64,000 nucleotides of DNA from Minisyncoccota bacterium (GCA_035438625.1 DAORIS010000001.1:56104-120103); one strand, 5' to 3'; positions 1-10,131 are shown, counted from the first letter of the stretch. Program-made: numbers and translations. Notes: generated by a model from the letters alone, not told the origin.

Positions 1-2
1 GT

Positions 3-581
3 TATCTACTTTTAGGTGAAACCTTGACTCTGTTACAAGTCATTGGGGGAGTGTTTATTGTTTTTTCAAGTATTATCCTTACGCTTGAACTTGACTCAGA
101 ATCAGGAATAAAAATAAAAAGGAATATTTTATTTTTAATGCTTTCAGCTGCTGCACTAGTCGGACTATCAGACAGTATGTTTAAGTTCGGTGCGGTAACT
201 TACAATGTTACTCAAGCATTTTTTTGGGAGAATGTCGGATTGTTTATGTTTGGTCTAATTCTTTTATTTTTCAAAAAATATCGATTGAGTTTCATCAGTT
301 TAGTTAAGAAAAGCCCGGGAAGAACTACTGCATTAAACCTGGCTAGTGAGGGATTAACAGCCTTTGGTAACTTTCTTATTAGAGTAGCGATGCTAATTGC
401 ACCCGTTGCATTAGTTACTTCAGTAAGCAGTGTTCAGCCGCTTTTTGTTTTCATTATTAGTGTTTTATTAACAATCTTTTTTCCATTCATTTCTAAGGAA
501 AAAATTTCCAGAAAGCACTTGATACATAAAGTTTCCTGCATTACATGCATTGTCATTGGTGCAATTATATTATCGCTGTAA
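3..581 (+). CDS. EamA/DMT-family transporter, 5'-truncated by the window edge
   Basis: Frame is open from position 3 (YLLLGETLT...). Multi-TM protein with EamA-like ends (LLGE, SVQPLFV...KEKI). Confidence 0.75.
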   Translation, partial: YLLLGETLTLLQVIGGVFIVFSSIILTLELDSESGIKIKRNILFLMLSAAALVGLSDSMFKFGAVTYNVTQAFFWENVGLFMFGLILLFFKKYRLSFISLVKKSPGRTTALNLASEGLTAFGNFLIRVAMLIAPVALVTSVSSVQPLFVFIISVLLTIFFPFISKEKISRKHLIHKVSCITCIVIGAIILSL

Positions 582-630
582 CTTGATTTTTTAATATTAT
601 GTGGTATAATACACTAACCAAACTAATTTC

Positions 631-1995
631 ATGAGAATTCTATTCATTTCGAAAGATATGATTGCCGGTGACCTCTCGAGAAAACTCAAGGAAGAGGGTC
701 ATGATGTAAAGTTATTTATTGACACAAAAGACGGTAAACACTGTCTTGACGGCTTTGTTAATAAAACTCAAAACTGGAGAAGTGAACTTTCTTGGGTAGG
801 AAAAGAAGGCTTAATAGTATTTGATGATACTGGATACGGAAAAGTTCAAGACAAATTGCGCCAAGAAGGCTACGTTGTTTTTGGCGGATCAGAAATCGGA
901 GAAAAAATCGAGATTGATCGTGAGTACGGTCAGGAAATTTTCGCTCAATACGGAATAAAAACAGTGCCGCTGAAAGATTTTTTTGATGTAAGCGAAGCAA
1001 TTGAGTTCATTAAACAAAATCCAGGGAAGTGGGTTCTAAAACACAACGAACACCTTAATAAGCATTTGACCTACACCGGAATTCTTGATGATGGTAGCGA
1101 TGTAATTGATGTACTTGAAAATCATAGGAAAAATCACACATTGAGTGAAAAAACTATAACTTTACAAAAACTCTTAGAAGGAATTGAGATTGGAGTAGGA
1201 AGATTTTTTAATGGAAATGACTGGGTTGGGCCAATAGAAATGAATATTGAGCATACACGATTGTTTCCAGGTGATGTTGGTCCAATTACTAGTGAAATGG
1301 GTACATTAGCTTGGTATGATGATAGCGATTCAAATAAACTCTTTCAAGAAACACTTGCTAAGCTCAAACCATTCCTAAAAAGCACTGATTACCGTGGGGA
1401 TGTTGCAATTAATTGTATTGTAAATTCAGACGGCGCATTTCCACTTGAAGCAACTATGCGTCTCGGAACTCCTATAGTTCATCTACAATCCGAGATTCAC
1501 TCATCTCCATGGGGAGAATTTCTTCACGCAATAGCTTCCGGGGAAGAATATGATTTAAAGTGGAAAGTTGGATATGGTATTGCTGTTATGATCGCAGTTC
1601 CTCCGTTTCCATACGCACATAAATTGGGAAGATACTCACTAACTGGAGCAAGTATTTTTTGCAACTATAAACAAGGTACGAAAGAGGCCACACATATCCA
1701 TTTTGAAGAAGTTGGCATTAAAGATCACAAGCAATTGTACATTGCCGATTCTAGGGGTTACATTATGTATGCTACAAACATGGGCGACTCCGTAGAACAA
1801 GCAAGATCAAATGTATACAAAATCATTAAAGGGGTAAACATTCCACAAATGTTTTACCGAAACGATATCGGTTATAAATTTATCGTTGAAGATAAGATCA
1901 AGTTACAAAAATGGGGATACTTAAATAAGATTGAAAAAGTTGGGCATGAGAAAGTTAAGGGGGGAATTGAGTTTGATATATCAAAACTTTATTAA
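631..1995 (+). CDS. Phosphoribosylamine-glycine-ligase-like ATP-grasp protein (divergent PurD-like)
   Basis: IEIDREYGQ, GIEIGVGRFFNG, GPITSEMG, PLEATMRLG and FYRNDIG match GARS/ATP-grasp motifs. Confidence 0.75.
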   Translation: MRILFISKDMIAGDLSRKLKEEGHDVKLFIDTKDGKHCLDGFVNKTQNWRSELSWVGKEGLIVFDDTGYGKVQDKLRQEGYVVFGGSEIGEKIEIDREYGQEIFAQYGIKTVPLKDFFDVSEAIEFIKQNPGKWVLKHNEHLNKHLTYTGILDDGSDVIDVLENHRKNHTLSEKTITLQKLLEGIEIGVGRFFNGNDWVGPIEMNIEHTRLFPGDVGPITSEMGTLAWYDDSDSNKLFQETLAKLKPFLKSTDYRGDVAINCIVNSDGAFPLEATMRLGTPIVHLQSEIHSSPWGEFLHAIASGEEYDLKWKVGYGIAVMIAVPPFPYAHKLGRYSLTGASIFCNYKQGTKEATHIHFEEVGIKDHKQLYIADSRGYIMYATNMGDSVEQARSNVYKIIKGVNIPQMFYRNDIGYKFIVEDKIKLQKWGYLNKIEKVGHEKVKGGIEFDISKLY

Positions 1996-2041
1996 CCTTA
2001 AAGCACCTATACTTCTACAGTATGGTGGTACAATTTAATTT

Positions 2042-2413
2042 GTGGAAATTAAAGATAAAATTTTTATAATCCTACTATTTGTTGCTTCAGTTTTAACTAT
2101 TTCTGCTGCATATAGTAGAGTGTACATAACAAAAGATTTTCTATTTACGATAGAAAGAGAGTGTTCTCCAGAGACAGAAAACTGTTTTGGATATGAATCA
2201 GAGGAAGGGGATACTATTTATTATAAGATACTTGAGGCCCCTGCCACACTCATAAACAATCAATGCGGAAACGATATAAGTAGCTGTGAAATTAGCTGCG
2301 ACGAATCAATTAAAAGTTGCAGATATATTTTTTGCACAGATCCCGATGCAGGAAAATATGGCGAGTGTTATTTAAATGAAGAAAACACAGATACACCTGA
2401 AACTTCTTTATGA
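2042..2413 (+). CDS. Membrane-anchored Cys-rich hypothetical protein
   Basis: N-terminal TM helix, 8 Cys in an acidic domain; TACAAT 7 nt before the GTG. Confidence 0.7.
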   Translation: MEIKDKIFIILLFVASVLTISAAYSRVYITKDFLFTIERECSPETENCFGYESEEGDTIYYKILEAPATLINNQCGNDISSCEISCDESIKSCRYIFCTDPDAGKYGECYLNEENTDTPETSL

Positions 2414-3462
2414 TAGATAAGGAATATGTAACTAAGATTTTATATATTGGATTAGATCCAGAAACTCCAATAGTAATTAATAAAAGGCCAATTCAAGTAA
2501 TAGGTGTTTCAAGCTTAGAATATTTCTCTTATCGTACCCTAAACCCGGCAAATTTATTATTTACCGCAACGTACAGGGCTCAAACAAACAAGATTAACAA
2601 ACGATTCACTCTATTTCTTTTTTGGCTATGGAAAGCAATTAGTTTTCTTTCAACATATCCATATAAAAAATATTCTAATTACCTATCTTTTTGTGTACTA
2701 AATTCTGTTCACATTATAGATGTATCTAACGAAGAGAGTACCCTAGATTACATTACTGAGAATCGCATTGAACTAATAGTAGTTAATAGTTGGTCAATAT
2801 TACCTCAAAAAATTGTTACAGCACCAACATTTGGCACATTAAACATACACCCATCAAAATTACCAATGTATAAAGGTGCATTACCTACACTTTGGTCTTT
2901 AAAAAATGGCGATTCCAAATCAGCCGTAACGTATCAAAAAATTGGCACGTTAATTGACGGTGGAGACATTATTTCTCAGTATGAATTTAATATCGATCCT
3001 ACCGACACTTCGCTGTCAATTGAGTTGAAGATTAGTCAAATTATTAAAAAAACCCTCTTTCAGGATATCCTTAACTATACAAATAAGAAAATTATTCTTA
3101 GACAACAACAAGGAATTGAATCGTGGACTGAAAAATATTCCCAATATATGCAAATTGATTGGGAACATGAAACATCAAAAGAAATTGCAGATAAAACAAT
3201 TTTATACCCTTTTCTGGAGCCTTTTTGTTATTGTTATAGCAGCATAAATGCTAATAAAGTTTACTTTAAGCGTCTTCGTGTACTACCAACACAAGGGAGA
3301 GGTACTTTTCAGCCTGGGCAATATATAATAAGAAATATGGGCATCGTTGTCACTACATATTCAGGAAATTTATTTGCAAGATTATTTATTGATGTACCTT
3401 TAAAAGATAGTCTTTTGCTGCTATTTAACAGTAATAGAAGGTTCGAAAAAACCACATTATGA
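2410..3462 (+). CDS. Formyltransferase family protein (Fmt/ArnA-like, not the housekeeping fmt)
   Basis: LNIHPSKLPMYKG and IDGGDII formyl-THF motifs; a canonical fmt lies at 63042. Confidence 0.8.
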   Translation: MIDKEYVTKILYIGLDPETPIVINKRPIQVIGVSSLEYFSYRTLNPANLLFTATYRAQTNKINKRFTLFLFWLWKAISFLSTYPYKKYSNYLSFCVLNSVHIIDVSNEESTLDYITENRIELIVVNSWSILPQKIVTAPTFGTLNIHPSKLPMYKGALPTLWSLKNGDSKSAVTYQKIGTLIDGGDIISQYEFNIDPTDTSLSIELKISQIIKKTLFQDILNYTNKKIILRQQQGIESWTEKYSQYMQIDWEHETSKEIADKTILYPFLEPFCYCYSSINANKVYFKRLRVLPTQGRGTFQPGQYIIRNMGIVVTTYSGNLFARLFIDVPLKDSLLLLFNSNRRFEKTTL

Positions 3463-5201
3463 CAACTTGCAACTTTCTTCCAGATCCAACATATCTTTTT
3501 TTTAGCTCAGAAGCACCAGTATTACTGTACTATTCACATTTTCCAGCAATAGCAATCACATTACTTCTTGGGTTGTTTGTATTTTTAAGCAATCGTACAC
3601 TTGCAAGTAAATTACTACTTACTATCTCGGTCTTACTTTCTGGATGGACATTACTTAATTTAATTGCATGGACAAACAATGTTGTTGAGAATGTATTATT
3701 TGTATGGTCACTGTTTGGATTAATGTATGGATTAATTTCTGTATTTTCTATATATCTTACTTATGTGTTCATACACAAGAATGATATTCCGTTAAGATAC
3801 AAAATTACATTTGGATTGCTCCTTTTACCAATTTTAATATTTACTTCAACAAAATTTAACCTGAGTGGTTTTTATTATGATCTTTGCGGAGCGTCAGGAC
3901 ATGAAAATGTTTACTTTTTAACGTACTACACTACACTTGGCATCATTTCGATGGTTTGGATTTTTGGACTACTTTTTAAGGCAATTAGAAGGTGCGATAC
4001 GCTTTTTAAAAAGCAAATTTTGCTATTTGGTATCGGTATAGAGTTATTCCTGTCATCTTTCTTTGTATCAAGCTTTCTTGCTAGTTACCTGAACGAGAAA
4101 GGACTTGTGTCTGACTACAGTTTAGAATTCTATGGTTTATTTGGAATGGTGCTGTTTATGGCATTTATTGCATTTATAATTGTTAGATTTAAAGCATTTA
4201 ACGTAAAACTTCTTGGTGCACAAGCCTTGATTGTGGCGCTGATAATTCTTATTGGATCGGAATTTCTATTTGTTGAGAACACATTAAACCAAGTATTAGT
4301 TTCTATTACATTAATTGTTACAGGAATAATCGGCATCGTATTGATTCGTAGTGTTAAGAAGGAAGATTTAGAAAAAGAGAAAATTGAGATGTTAGCAATA
4401 AGTCTTAAGGCAGCAAACGAAAGACTCGAGCGTCTCAACCAAGAGAAGACCGAATTCATCTCGCTTGCAACTCACCAAATCCGTGCTCCACTATCTGCAA
4501 TCAAAGGATACGCTTCACTCATCCTTGAAGGAGACTACGGAGAGACTTCTGATGATATTAAGGACGCAGTTTCAACCATGTACTCTTCTGCGCACAACCT
4601 TGTAGGTGTCGTTGGTGACTATCTCGATATCTCACGAATCGACCTTAACCGGATGAAGTTTAACTTCTCTGATGTTGATCTGAAGCAAACACTCTCAGAG
4701 ATCGTTAAGGAACAGCAACCAAACCTTCGTGGTAAGGGTCTTGAGCTACTCTGGCACCCAGACTCAAGCCTCGCAAAAACTGTTATTTCAGCCGACATTG
4801 GAAAGATTAAGCAGGTTATTAGTAACCTAATCGATAACGCGATTAAATACACTCCAAAGGGATCAATCACGCTTTCTCTTGCTAATGCTGCAAAACTTGA
4901 ACCTGGCACTAAGGGATTCAGGATCACGATCCAAGACACTGGTATCGGACTAAACGAACAGACAATACCTAAACTATTTAAGCGTTTCAGTCGTGCAGAC
5001 AGCGCTCATGAGGTAAACGTACATGGAACTGGTCTTGGACTATACCTCGCACGAAAGATGGTAGAGGCTCATAGTGGAAAAATCTGGGCTGAATCAGATG
5101 GAGAAGGAAAAGGTTCACGATTTATCATTGAACTTCCAGTAAAGGCAGAGCTTAGAGAGAATAGTTTGGCTGATGGAGAAGAGGAAGAAGGCAAAGTATA
5201 A
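3459..5201 (+). CDS. Sensor histidine kinase with multi-TM N-terminus
   Basis: H-box ATHQIRAPL, N-box NLIDNAIKY, G1 DTGIG, G2 GTGLGL, N-terminal hydrophobic helices. Confidence 0.92.
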   Translation: MTTCNFLPDPTYLFFSSEAPVLLYYSHFPAIAITLLLGLFVFLSNRTLASKLLLTISVLLSGWTLLNLIAWTNNVVENVLFVWSLFGLMYGLISVFSIYLTYVFIHKNDIPLRYKITFGLLLLPILIFTSTKFNLSGFYYDLCGASGHENVYFLTYYTTLGIISMVWIFGLLFKAIRRCDTLFKKQILLFGIGIELFLSSFFVSSFLASYLNEKGLVSDYSLEFYGLFGMVLFMAFIAFIIVRFKAFNVKLLGAQALIVALIILIGSEFLFVENTLNQVLVSITLIVTGIIGIVLIRSVKKEDLEKEKIEMLAISLKAANERLERLNQEKTEFISLATHQIRAPLSAIKGYASLILEGDYGETSDDIKDAVSTMYSSAHNLVGVVGDYLDISRIDLNRMKFNFSDVDLKQTLSEIVKEQQPNLRGKGLELLWHPDSSLAKTVISADIGKIKQVISNLIDNAIKYTPKGSITLSLANAAKLEPGTKGFRITIQDTGIGLNEQTIPKLFKRFSRADSAHEVNVHGTGLGLYLARKMVEAHSGKIWAESDGEGKGSRFIIELPVKAELRENSLADGEEEEGKV

Positions 5202-5229
5202 TTGCCTTTGAAAGATTTCGGCAAGAATA

Positions 5230-5754
5230 ATGCTGATAAAGATGCCAAAATATTTTTTACAATTAGGGTTCAGTTTGTATGCGACAATCGACAACATAAA
5301 ACAACCACAGTTTAGAAAATTGCTGTTCATTTTACTGTCTAAATATTTCCAAATATTGTTACTAGTTGCACCTTCTAGAAAATTCTCTATTTATCATCGA
5401 TTAGGTATCATTTCTCTTAGAAATAAGAATTTCAACAAAGCAGCCCATTACTCATCACGTATGGATACTCTTATTTCCTCAGAAGATGAGCATTCACGGT
5501 CATTGCTTTTTCATGCAAACGTTTTATTTGAGAAAGGAGAGTATCATGTGGCACTAAACGAATATTTTAACCTAATTAAAGTATCTAGATTTAAATCACT
5601 AATTCTTTCAAACATTGCATTTACATATGAAATAATTGGCGATGTTAGTAATGCTCAACTTTATGCTAAGAAATCAATTGAATTTTCAGCTTTAGAAAAA
5701 GATTTAGCACATACGATTGATCCATCTGAAAATCTAAAAAATTTGATCCAATAA
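5230..5754 (+). CDS. TPR-like hypothetical protein
   Basis: TPR-like helix pairs (YHRLG...KAA; LSNIAFTYEIIGDVSNAQLYAKKS); AT-rich. Confidence 0.55.
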   Translation: MLIKMPKYFLQLGFSLYATIDNIKQPQFRKLLFILLSKYFQILLLVAPSRKFSIYHRLGIISLRNKNFNKAAHYSSRMDTLISSEDEHSRSLLFHANVLFEKGEYHVALNEYFNLIKVSRFKSLILSNIAFTYEIIGDVSNAQLYAKKSIEFSALEKDLAHTIDPSENLKNLIQ

Positions 5755-5755
5755 C

Positions 5756-5865
5756 TTGACAACGTCTTTTGTAAAAGCTTTACTAATTCCAATCCATACT
5801 CCAATGAAGACACGAAACTAGTTTAATAGCTAAACCACCACGCAAGACGCGTTGGTATTTCGTGT
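5756..5865 (+). promoter_or_regulatory. Promoter and putative translational attenuator of the ABC-F gene, with uORF MKTRN (5804-5821)
   Basis: TTGACA-17-TTTACT. ACACGAAA (5810-5817) is the reverse complement of TTTCGTGT (5858-5865), which abuts the ABC-F ATG. Confidence 0.6.
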
Positions 5866-7308
5866 ATGTCCATTAAGAACCCCAAACAATCCCTCATATC
5901 AATCAAGGGAATCAGTAAAAAATTTGACCAACTAGAAATCCTCAAGGATGCTAGTTTTTCTGTGCTACCTGGAGAGAAAATTGGCCTTGTGGGACCAAAC
6001 GGATCAGGGAAGAGCACACTATTCAAAATACTTGCAGAGCAAGTTGAAAAAGACGCTGGTGTAATTGAAAAGGCTAAAAGTATAAAGATTGAATACCTTC
6101 CTCAGACTCATGAAAATGATCCTAGTTATACTAACCAAAGTGGAGGTGAAATGGCGCGACAAATTCTTGCACCGATTATTGCCTCTAATGCCGACTTATT
6201 TCTCCTCGACGAGCCGACCAACAACCTCGATGCAGAAGGACTCGAGATGATTGAATTGTTTGTATCCAAAAGTAACAAAGCATTTATCATCATCTCTCAC
6301 GACCGTCGATTCCTGGATACGGTTGTTACAAAAATTCTTGATATCGATGTAGAAACAAAATCCATCATGATATATGACGGAAACTACAGCTCGTATGCTG
6401 AGCAAAAAGAAGCATTTCTCGAACGTCGATGGAAAGAATATACAGATAAAATAGAGGAAGTAGACAGGCTTAACACCTCGCTTACACAAAGAGTTTCGTG
6501 GATTAAAGAGATCGAACAAAAGCGTTTTAACATAAGGAACCTCCCAATCCACGAAAAGGAAAAGTCTCACGCTGCATATTTACGTGACAAAGAAGCCAAG
6601 GCGGGAAGGCGAGCTCGTGTCATGAAAGACAGGTTAGAAACATACAAGCAAGATGTTGAATCAGTTCGTAGACCAAAGGAGTTACTACCACTCAAAATAT
6701 CGTTTGATTCAAAGCGGGGCAGCACAAAGGTATTTGATCTCATCAAAGTTGAGAAGGAAATTGGTGATAAGCGAATAGGCCCTATTGATATGCACATCCA
6801 GCACGGAGACAGGATTCACATCACCGGTCCAAATGGGGCTGGAAAGACTACGTTTATCAAAATGTTGCTTGGAGAAATCCAACCAACCAATGGAGCAATC
6901 GAACGCGGAGAGACAGTTCATATTGGATACGTCCCACAAGAACGTTGGATACCGCGTGGAGACAAGACAGTCATAGAAGAATTTCTAGACACCTCAACGG
7001 CAAATGGTGTAGACATTTCTCAAACTGATGCACGAAAAATCCTCAATAGGTTTAGAATCACTGCTGAAGATGTATTAAAGCACCTTCGAGAGCTTAGTCC
7101 TGGCGAATACTCTCGACTAGTCATTGCTGAACTTGTTGCTCAAAAACCAACATGTATCATCCTGGATGAGCCAACAAACCACTTAGACCTTGAAGTTGCG
7201 ACTGAAATTGAAAAAGCACTTTCGACATATTCAGGAGCATTAATAATCGCGAGTCACGATAGGTATTTTGTTGAAAAAGTGGGACTTGATACTATGGTGA
7301 CACTATAG
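5866..7308 (+). CDS. ABC-F family ATPase (ribosome-associated, ARE-like)
   Basis: Two NBDs (GPNGSGKS, GPNGAGKT; LDEPTN twice; SHDR twice), long linker, no TM. Confidence 0.92.
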   Translation: MSIKNPKQSLISIKGISKKFDQLEILKDASFSVLPGEKIGLVGPNGSGKSTLFKILAEQVEKDAGVIEKAKSIKIEYLPQTHENDPSYTNQSGGEMARQILAPIIASNADLFLLDEPTNNLDAEGLEMIELFVSKSNKAFIIISHDRRFLDTVVTKILDIDVETKSIMIYDGNYSSYAEQKEAFLERRWKEYTDKIEEVDRLNTSLTQRVSWIKEIEQKRFNIRNLPIHEKEKSHAAYLRDKEAKAGRRARVMKDRLETYKQDVESVRRPKELLPLKISFDSKRGSTKVFDLIKVEKEIGDKRIGPIDMHIQHGDRIHITGPNGAGKTTFIKMLLGEIQPTNGAIERGETVHIGYVPQERWIPRGDKTVIEEFLDTSTANGVDISQTDARKILNRFRITAEDVLKHLRELSPGEYSRLVIAELVAQKPTCIILDEPTNHLDLEVATEIEKALSTYSGALIIASHDRYFVEKVGLDTMVTL

Positions 7309-7310
7309 CC

Positions 7311-7814
7311 ATGAACATTAAATCAACATTCACAAATCGGTTTGGAGACACACTTCACGTATCCTATTTTGAATCTGATCCGTATCAAGACTTAGAAGGA
7401 AAGCATCTGAAAAATATTCATGCGTATTGTTTCCATAAAAGCAACCTCATCCTTGTTAACCACCCAAAAAGCGGATGGATGCCACCCGGAGGCGGGATTG
7501 AACCTGAAGAAACTGTAGAAGAAGCCACAATTCGTGAAGTAAAGGAAGAGACAAATATGAACGTACTTCATCAAGAGGTAATTGGGTATCAAGATGTAGA
7601 AGAAAAAGACGGCAAAATTATACGCCAAGTACGGTGCCTTTGTATTGTTGAGCCACACGGAGAATTTGTCTCAAATCCTGATGGAGAAATCATGGAAATA
7701 AAAGCCATTGATCCGTCTGAATACAAACAGTATTTTGATTGGTTACAAATTGGAGACAGGGTCATGGAAAGGGCTTTATACTTGAAAAGGTTGTACGAAA
7801 ATGAATTGATATAG
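7311..7814 (+). CDS. NUDIX hydrolase
   Basis: Nudix box GGGIEPEETVEEATIREVKEET. Confidence 0.9.
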   Translation: MNIKSTFTNRFGDTLHVSYFESDPYQDLEGKHLKNIHAYCFHKSNLILVNHPKSGWMPPGGGIEPEETVEEATIREVKEETNMNVLHQEVIGYQDVEEKDGKIIRQVRCLCIVEPHGEFVSNPDGEIMEIKAIDPSEYKQYFDWLQIGDRVMERALYLKRLYENELI

Positions 7815-7823
7815 TGTACTTCA

Positions 7824-8870
7824 ATGAGTGAGCCAGCAACACATCAGAATATAATCACTCTCTTTGGTGGCTCAAACGCTGAGCGACTAGTTTCAATTGC
7901 ATCCGCACAAAATGTATCAAGATTTATTGGCGGAGAAATTTGGTTCTGGGCAACTTCAGGAGAAATCTATAGCACACCACAGGAAGAACTTGAAGGTCAC
8001 AAAAACCCCTTTGTTTCAGAATTTCACCCGAAAGGAAAATTGTTATTCACTTCACTTGAGTCAGCATTAGATGACCCATCACTACAAAAACAGAAACCAA
8101 CTTTTTTCCTCGCCCTCCATGGAAAAGTCGGAGAAGACGGTGATGTTCAAAAGTTACTTGAAGAACGCGGGTATTCTTTTACTGGATCAAATTCAGTAGC
8201 GAGCAAGAATGCTTTCGAGAAAACAATTACAAACTCGATTGTTAAAAAGATGGGCATTAGAGTTCCACACTCTGCTACACGTAACACGAGCAACCTTACG
8301 CAATGTGCTCAGGTAATCACACAGATGTTACTGGCACACCAGTCACTCGTCCTTAAGCCCGTTGCAAGCGGATCAAGTGACGGACTATTTTTTGTTTCAA
8401 ATTTAGAACAACTAGAAGTAGCTATGAAGTCTCTTGCCCTTCGCCACAACGAAGAATTTCTTATTGAGGAAAGAATTTTTGGTACTGAAATTACAGTTGG
8501 GGTAATCGAAAGAAGTACTGGGCAAATTGAAATACTTCCTCCCACAGAAGTACGTGTAGATCTTGAGAAAACATTTGATTACGCAGGTAAATACCTAGGG
8601 CACGGTGCGGTAGAAATTACTCCAGCACAAATTTCTAATACTGATACAATAACCGCGCAAAATATCTCAAAGGATATTCATATCGCACTTGGCTGCAGAG
8701 GGTACTCACGAACAGATTTAATTTTGGACACAAAGGGTTTTGTATTCATCGAATTAAACACATTACCTGGACTAACAAACCAATCTTTTATTCCTCAACA
8801 ACTCGACGCTGCAGGCATTCCACTTCAAGCATTTATTGAAGAGCAAATTGCAATAGCACTACGTTCATAA
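7824..8870 (+). CDS. ddl: D-alanine--D-alanine ligase
   Basis: FGGSNAERLVS, ALHGKVGEDG, FDYAGKY, ELNTLPGLT. Confidence 0.9.
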   Translation: MSEPATHQNIITLFGGSNAERLVSIASAQNVSRFIGGEIWFWATSGEIYSTPQEELEGHKNPFVSEFHPKGKLLFTSLESALDDPSLQKQKPTFFLALHGKVGEDGDVQKLLEERGYSFTGSNSVASKNAFEKTITNSIVKKMGIRVPHSATRNTSNLTQCAQVITQMLLAHQSLVLKPVASGSSDGLFFVSNLEQLEVAMKSLALRHNEEFLIEERIFGTEITVGVIERSTGQIEILPPTEVRVDLEKTFDYAGKYLGHGAVEITPAQISNTDTITAQNISKDIHIALGCRGYSRTDLILDTKGFVFIELNTLPGLTNQSFIPQQLDAAGIPLQAFIEEQIAIALRS

Positions 8871-8937
8871 CCTGGACAAAGTGCGTTTTTAATGCCATTA
8901 TATTGACAGGCGTTATTTAACAGAAAGGAGGTATCCA

Positions 8938-9198
8938 ATGTCCGACACGCCAAACAAGCAAACCAGCCCGTATGACTGGTTTGCTCTAGAATTCACCAAG
9001 CATGTAGAGCGTGGTATAGAGTTAGTTGAGCGAGGTGGTACATCGGAAGATTACACTACTCAACACTACAATCTCATGCATCTAGAAAGTGCGGCGAAGG
9101 AAAAAGGACTTAATGATCAAGCGATTAGTATCGTGAAACATGAAGTCTTTGTGAAGTATGGCTTGATTGGAAAACGAGGATGCCATGGATGCACCTGA
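8938..9198 (+). CDS. Orphan hypothetical protein, C-terminal CxxC (CHGC)
   Basis: Strong SD AAAGGAGGT before the ATG; followed by a hairpin. Confidence 0.65.
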   Translation: MSDTPNKQTSPYDWFALEFTKHVERGIELVERGGTSEDYTTQHYNLMHLESAAKEKGLNDQAISIVKHEVFVKYGLIGKRGCHGCT

Positions 9199-9204
9199 TC
9201 CAGC

Positions 9205-9241
9205 ATAACCGGTTCTCTTTGCGGAGCACCGGTTATTTTTT
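9205..9241 (+). terminator. Intrinsic terminator
   Basis: ATAACCGGT...ACCGGTTAT followed by a T-run. Confidence 0.7.
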
Positions 9242-9269
9242 CCAAATTACTTATTTGAAGGGAGTCTCT

Positions 9270-10121
9270 ATGGTTAGGTTCTTAACAAAAGCAGGTACTG
9301 TTGAACAACATCTTCTAACACTTGTTCGGTATTGTGGCATCCAAGTGCAAAACAACATTGCACCAGTTTCACTTTCTCGAACCCTTCAGGAAAAATGGAT
9401 TGTACGCAATGGGTCTGCACGTGACGGACTACCACCGAAAATGGAAGAGTACGATTTACTCGCAGATCTTGGTTTTTACTCAGACAGCGTAGTTCCATTA
9501 AGGCGGAAAAACGGTGAGGAAATCATCTTCGATCGTCGCATTTTAGTTCTAGGAACCACTCATCTACCTACCGCAAGGTCTCGGATCGAGTTCCTGGATC
9601 ACCAATATTCGAAAATTCCATCCGTTCCTGAAATACACCTTCTCACAAGTAGGAGGCCGATTTCAAAAGAAACAGTAATTGAAACATCCGAAACCTTCTT
9701 CGATAAGTCTCTTCAAACCATCAACGAGTTTCACGAAGACACATTCATGGAATTTGTGAGTAGAAAATTAATGTCTCACAAGACATGTATGTTCACACCG
9801 ATAGTTTCCGAAGGAGCTGATGTTGGCGATGATCGCGCGTACGCAAACACAGGCGACACCATCCTTACATGGCAGCGAAAAAGTGCGGTAGTTAAAGGAA
9901 ATTTCTTAATTTTCTCTAGCCAACCAACACTTGGGTATCAACTACTTCTGTGTAAGCGACTTCTACACAATCTGTGCCCAGACGTCAGATTATACGGAAT
10001 TGGACCAGCTGCTCATCCACTTATCCCGATGAAATATTTCCTTGATGTAATCGCTAGACAACTGTTTGAAGAAATTCAATACAGAGACTGTCTAGGGACA
10101 CAAACAACATCTGCGAAGTAA
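9270..10121 (+). CDS. Hypothetical protein, possible DUF218/ElyC-like Rossmann fold
   Basis: SD AAGGGAG before ATG 9270; motifs ILVLG...RIEFL, LLTSRRP, NTGDT, SSQP..GYQ, LDVIARQLF. Confidence 0.6.
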   Translation: MVRFLTKAGTVEQHLLTLVRYCGIQVQNNIAPVSLSRTLQEKWIVRNGSARDGLPPKMEEYDLLADLGFYSDSVVPLRRKNGEEIIFDRRILVLGTTHLPTARSRIEFLDHQYSKIPSVPEIHLLTSRRPISKETVIETSETFFDKSLQTINEFHEDTFMEFVSRKLMSHKTCMFTPIVSEGADVGDDRAYANTGDTILTWQRKSAVVKGNFLIFSSQPTLGYQLLLCKRLLHNLCPDVRLYGIGPAAHPLIPMKYFLDVIARQLFEEIQYRDCLGTQTTSAK

Positions 10122-10131
10122 GATTCGAAGC

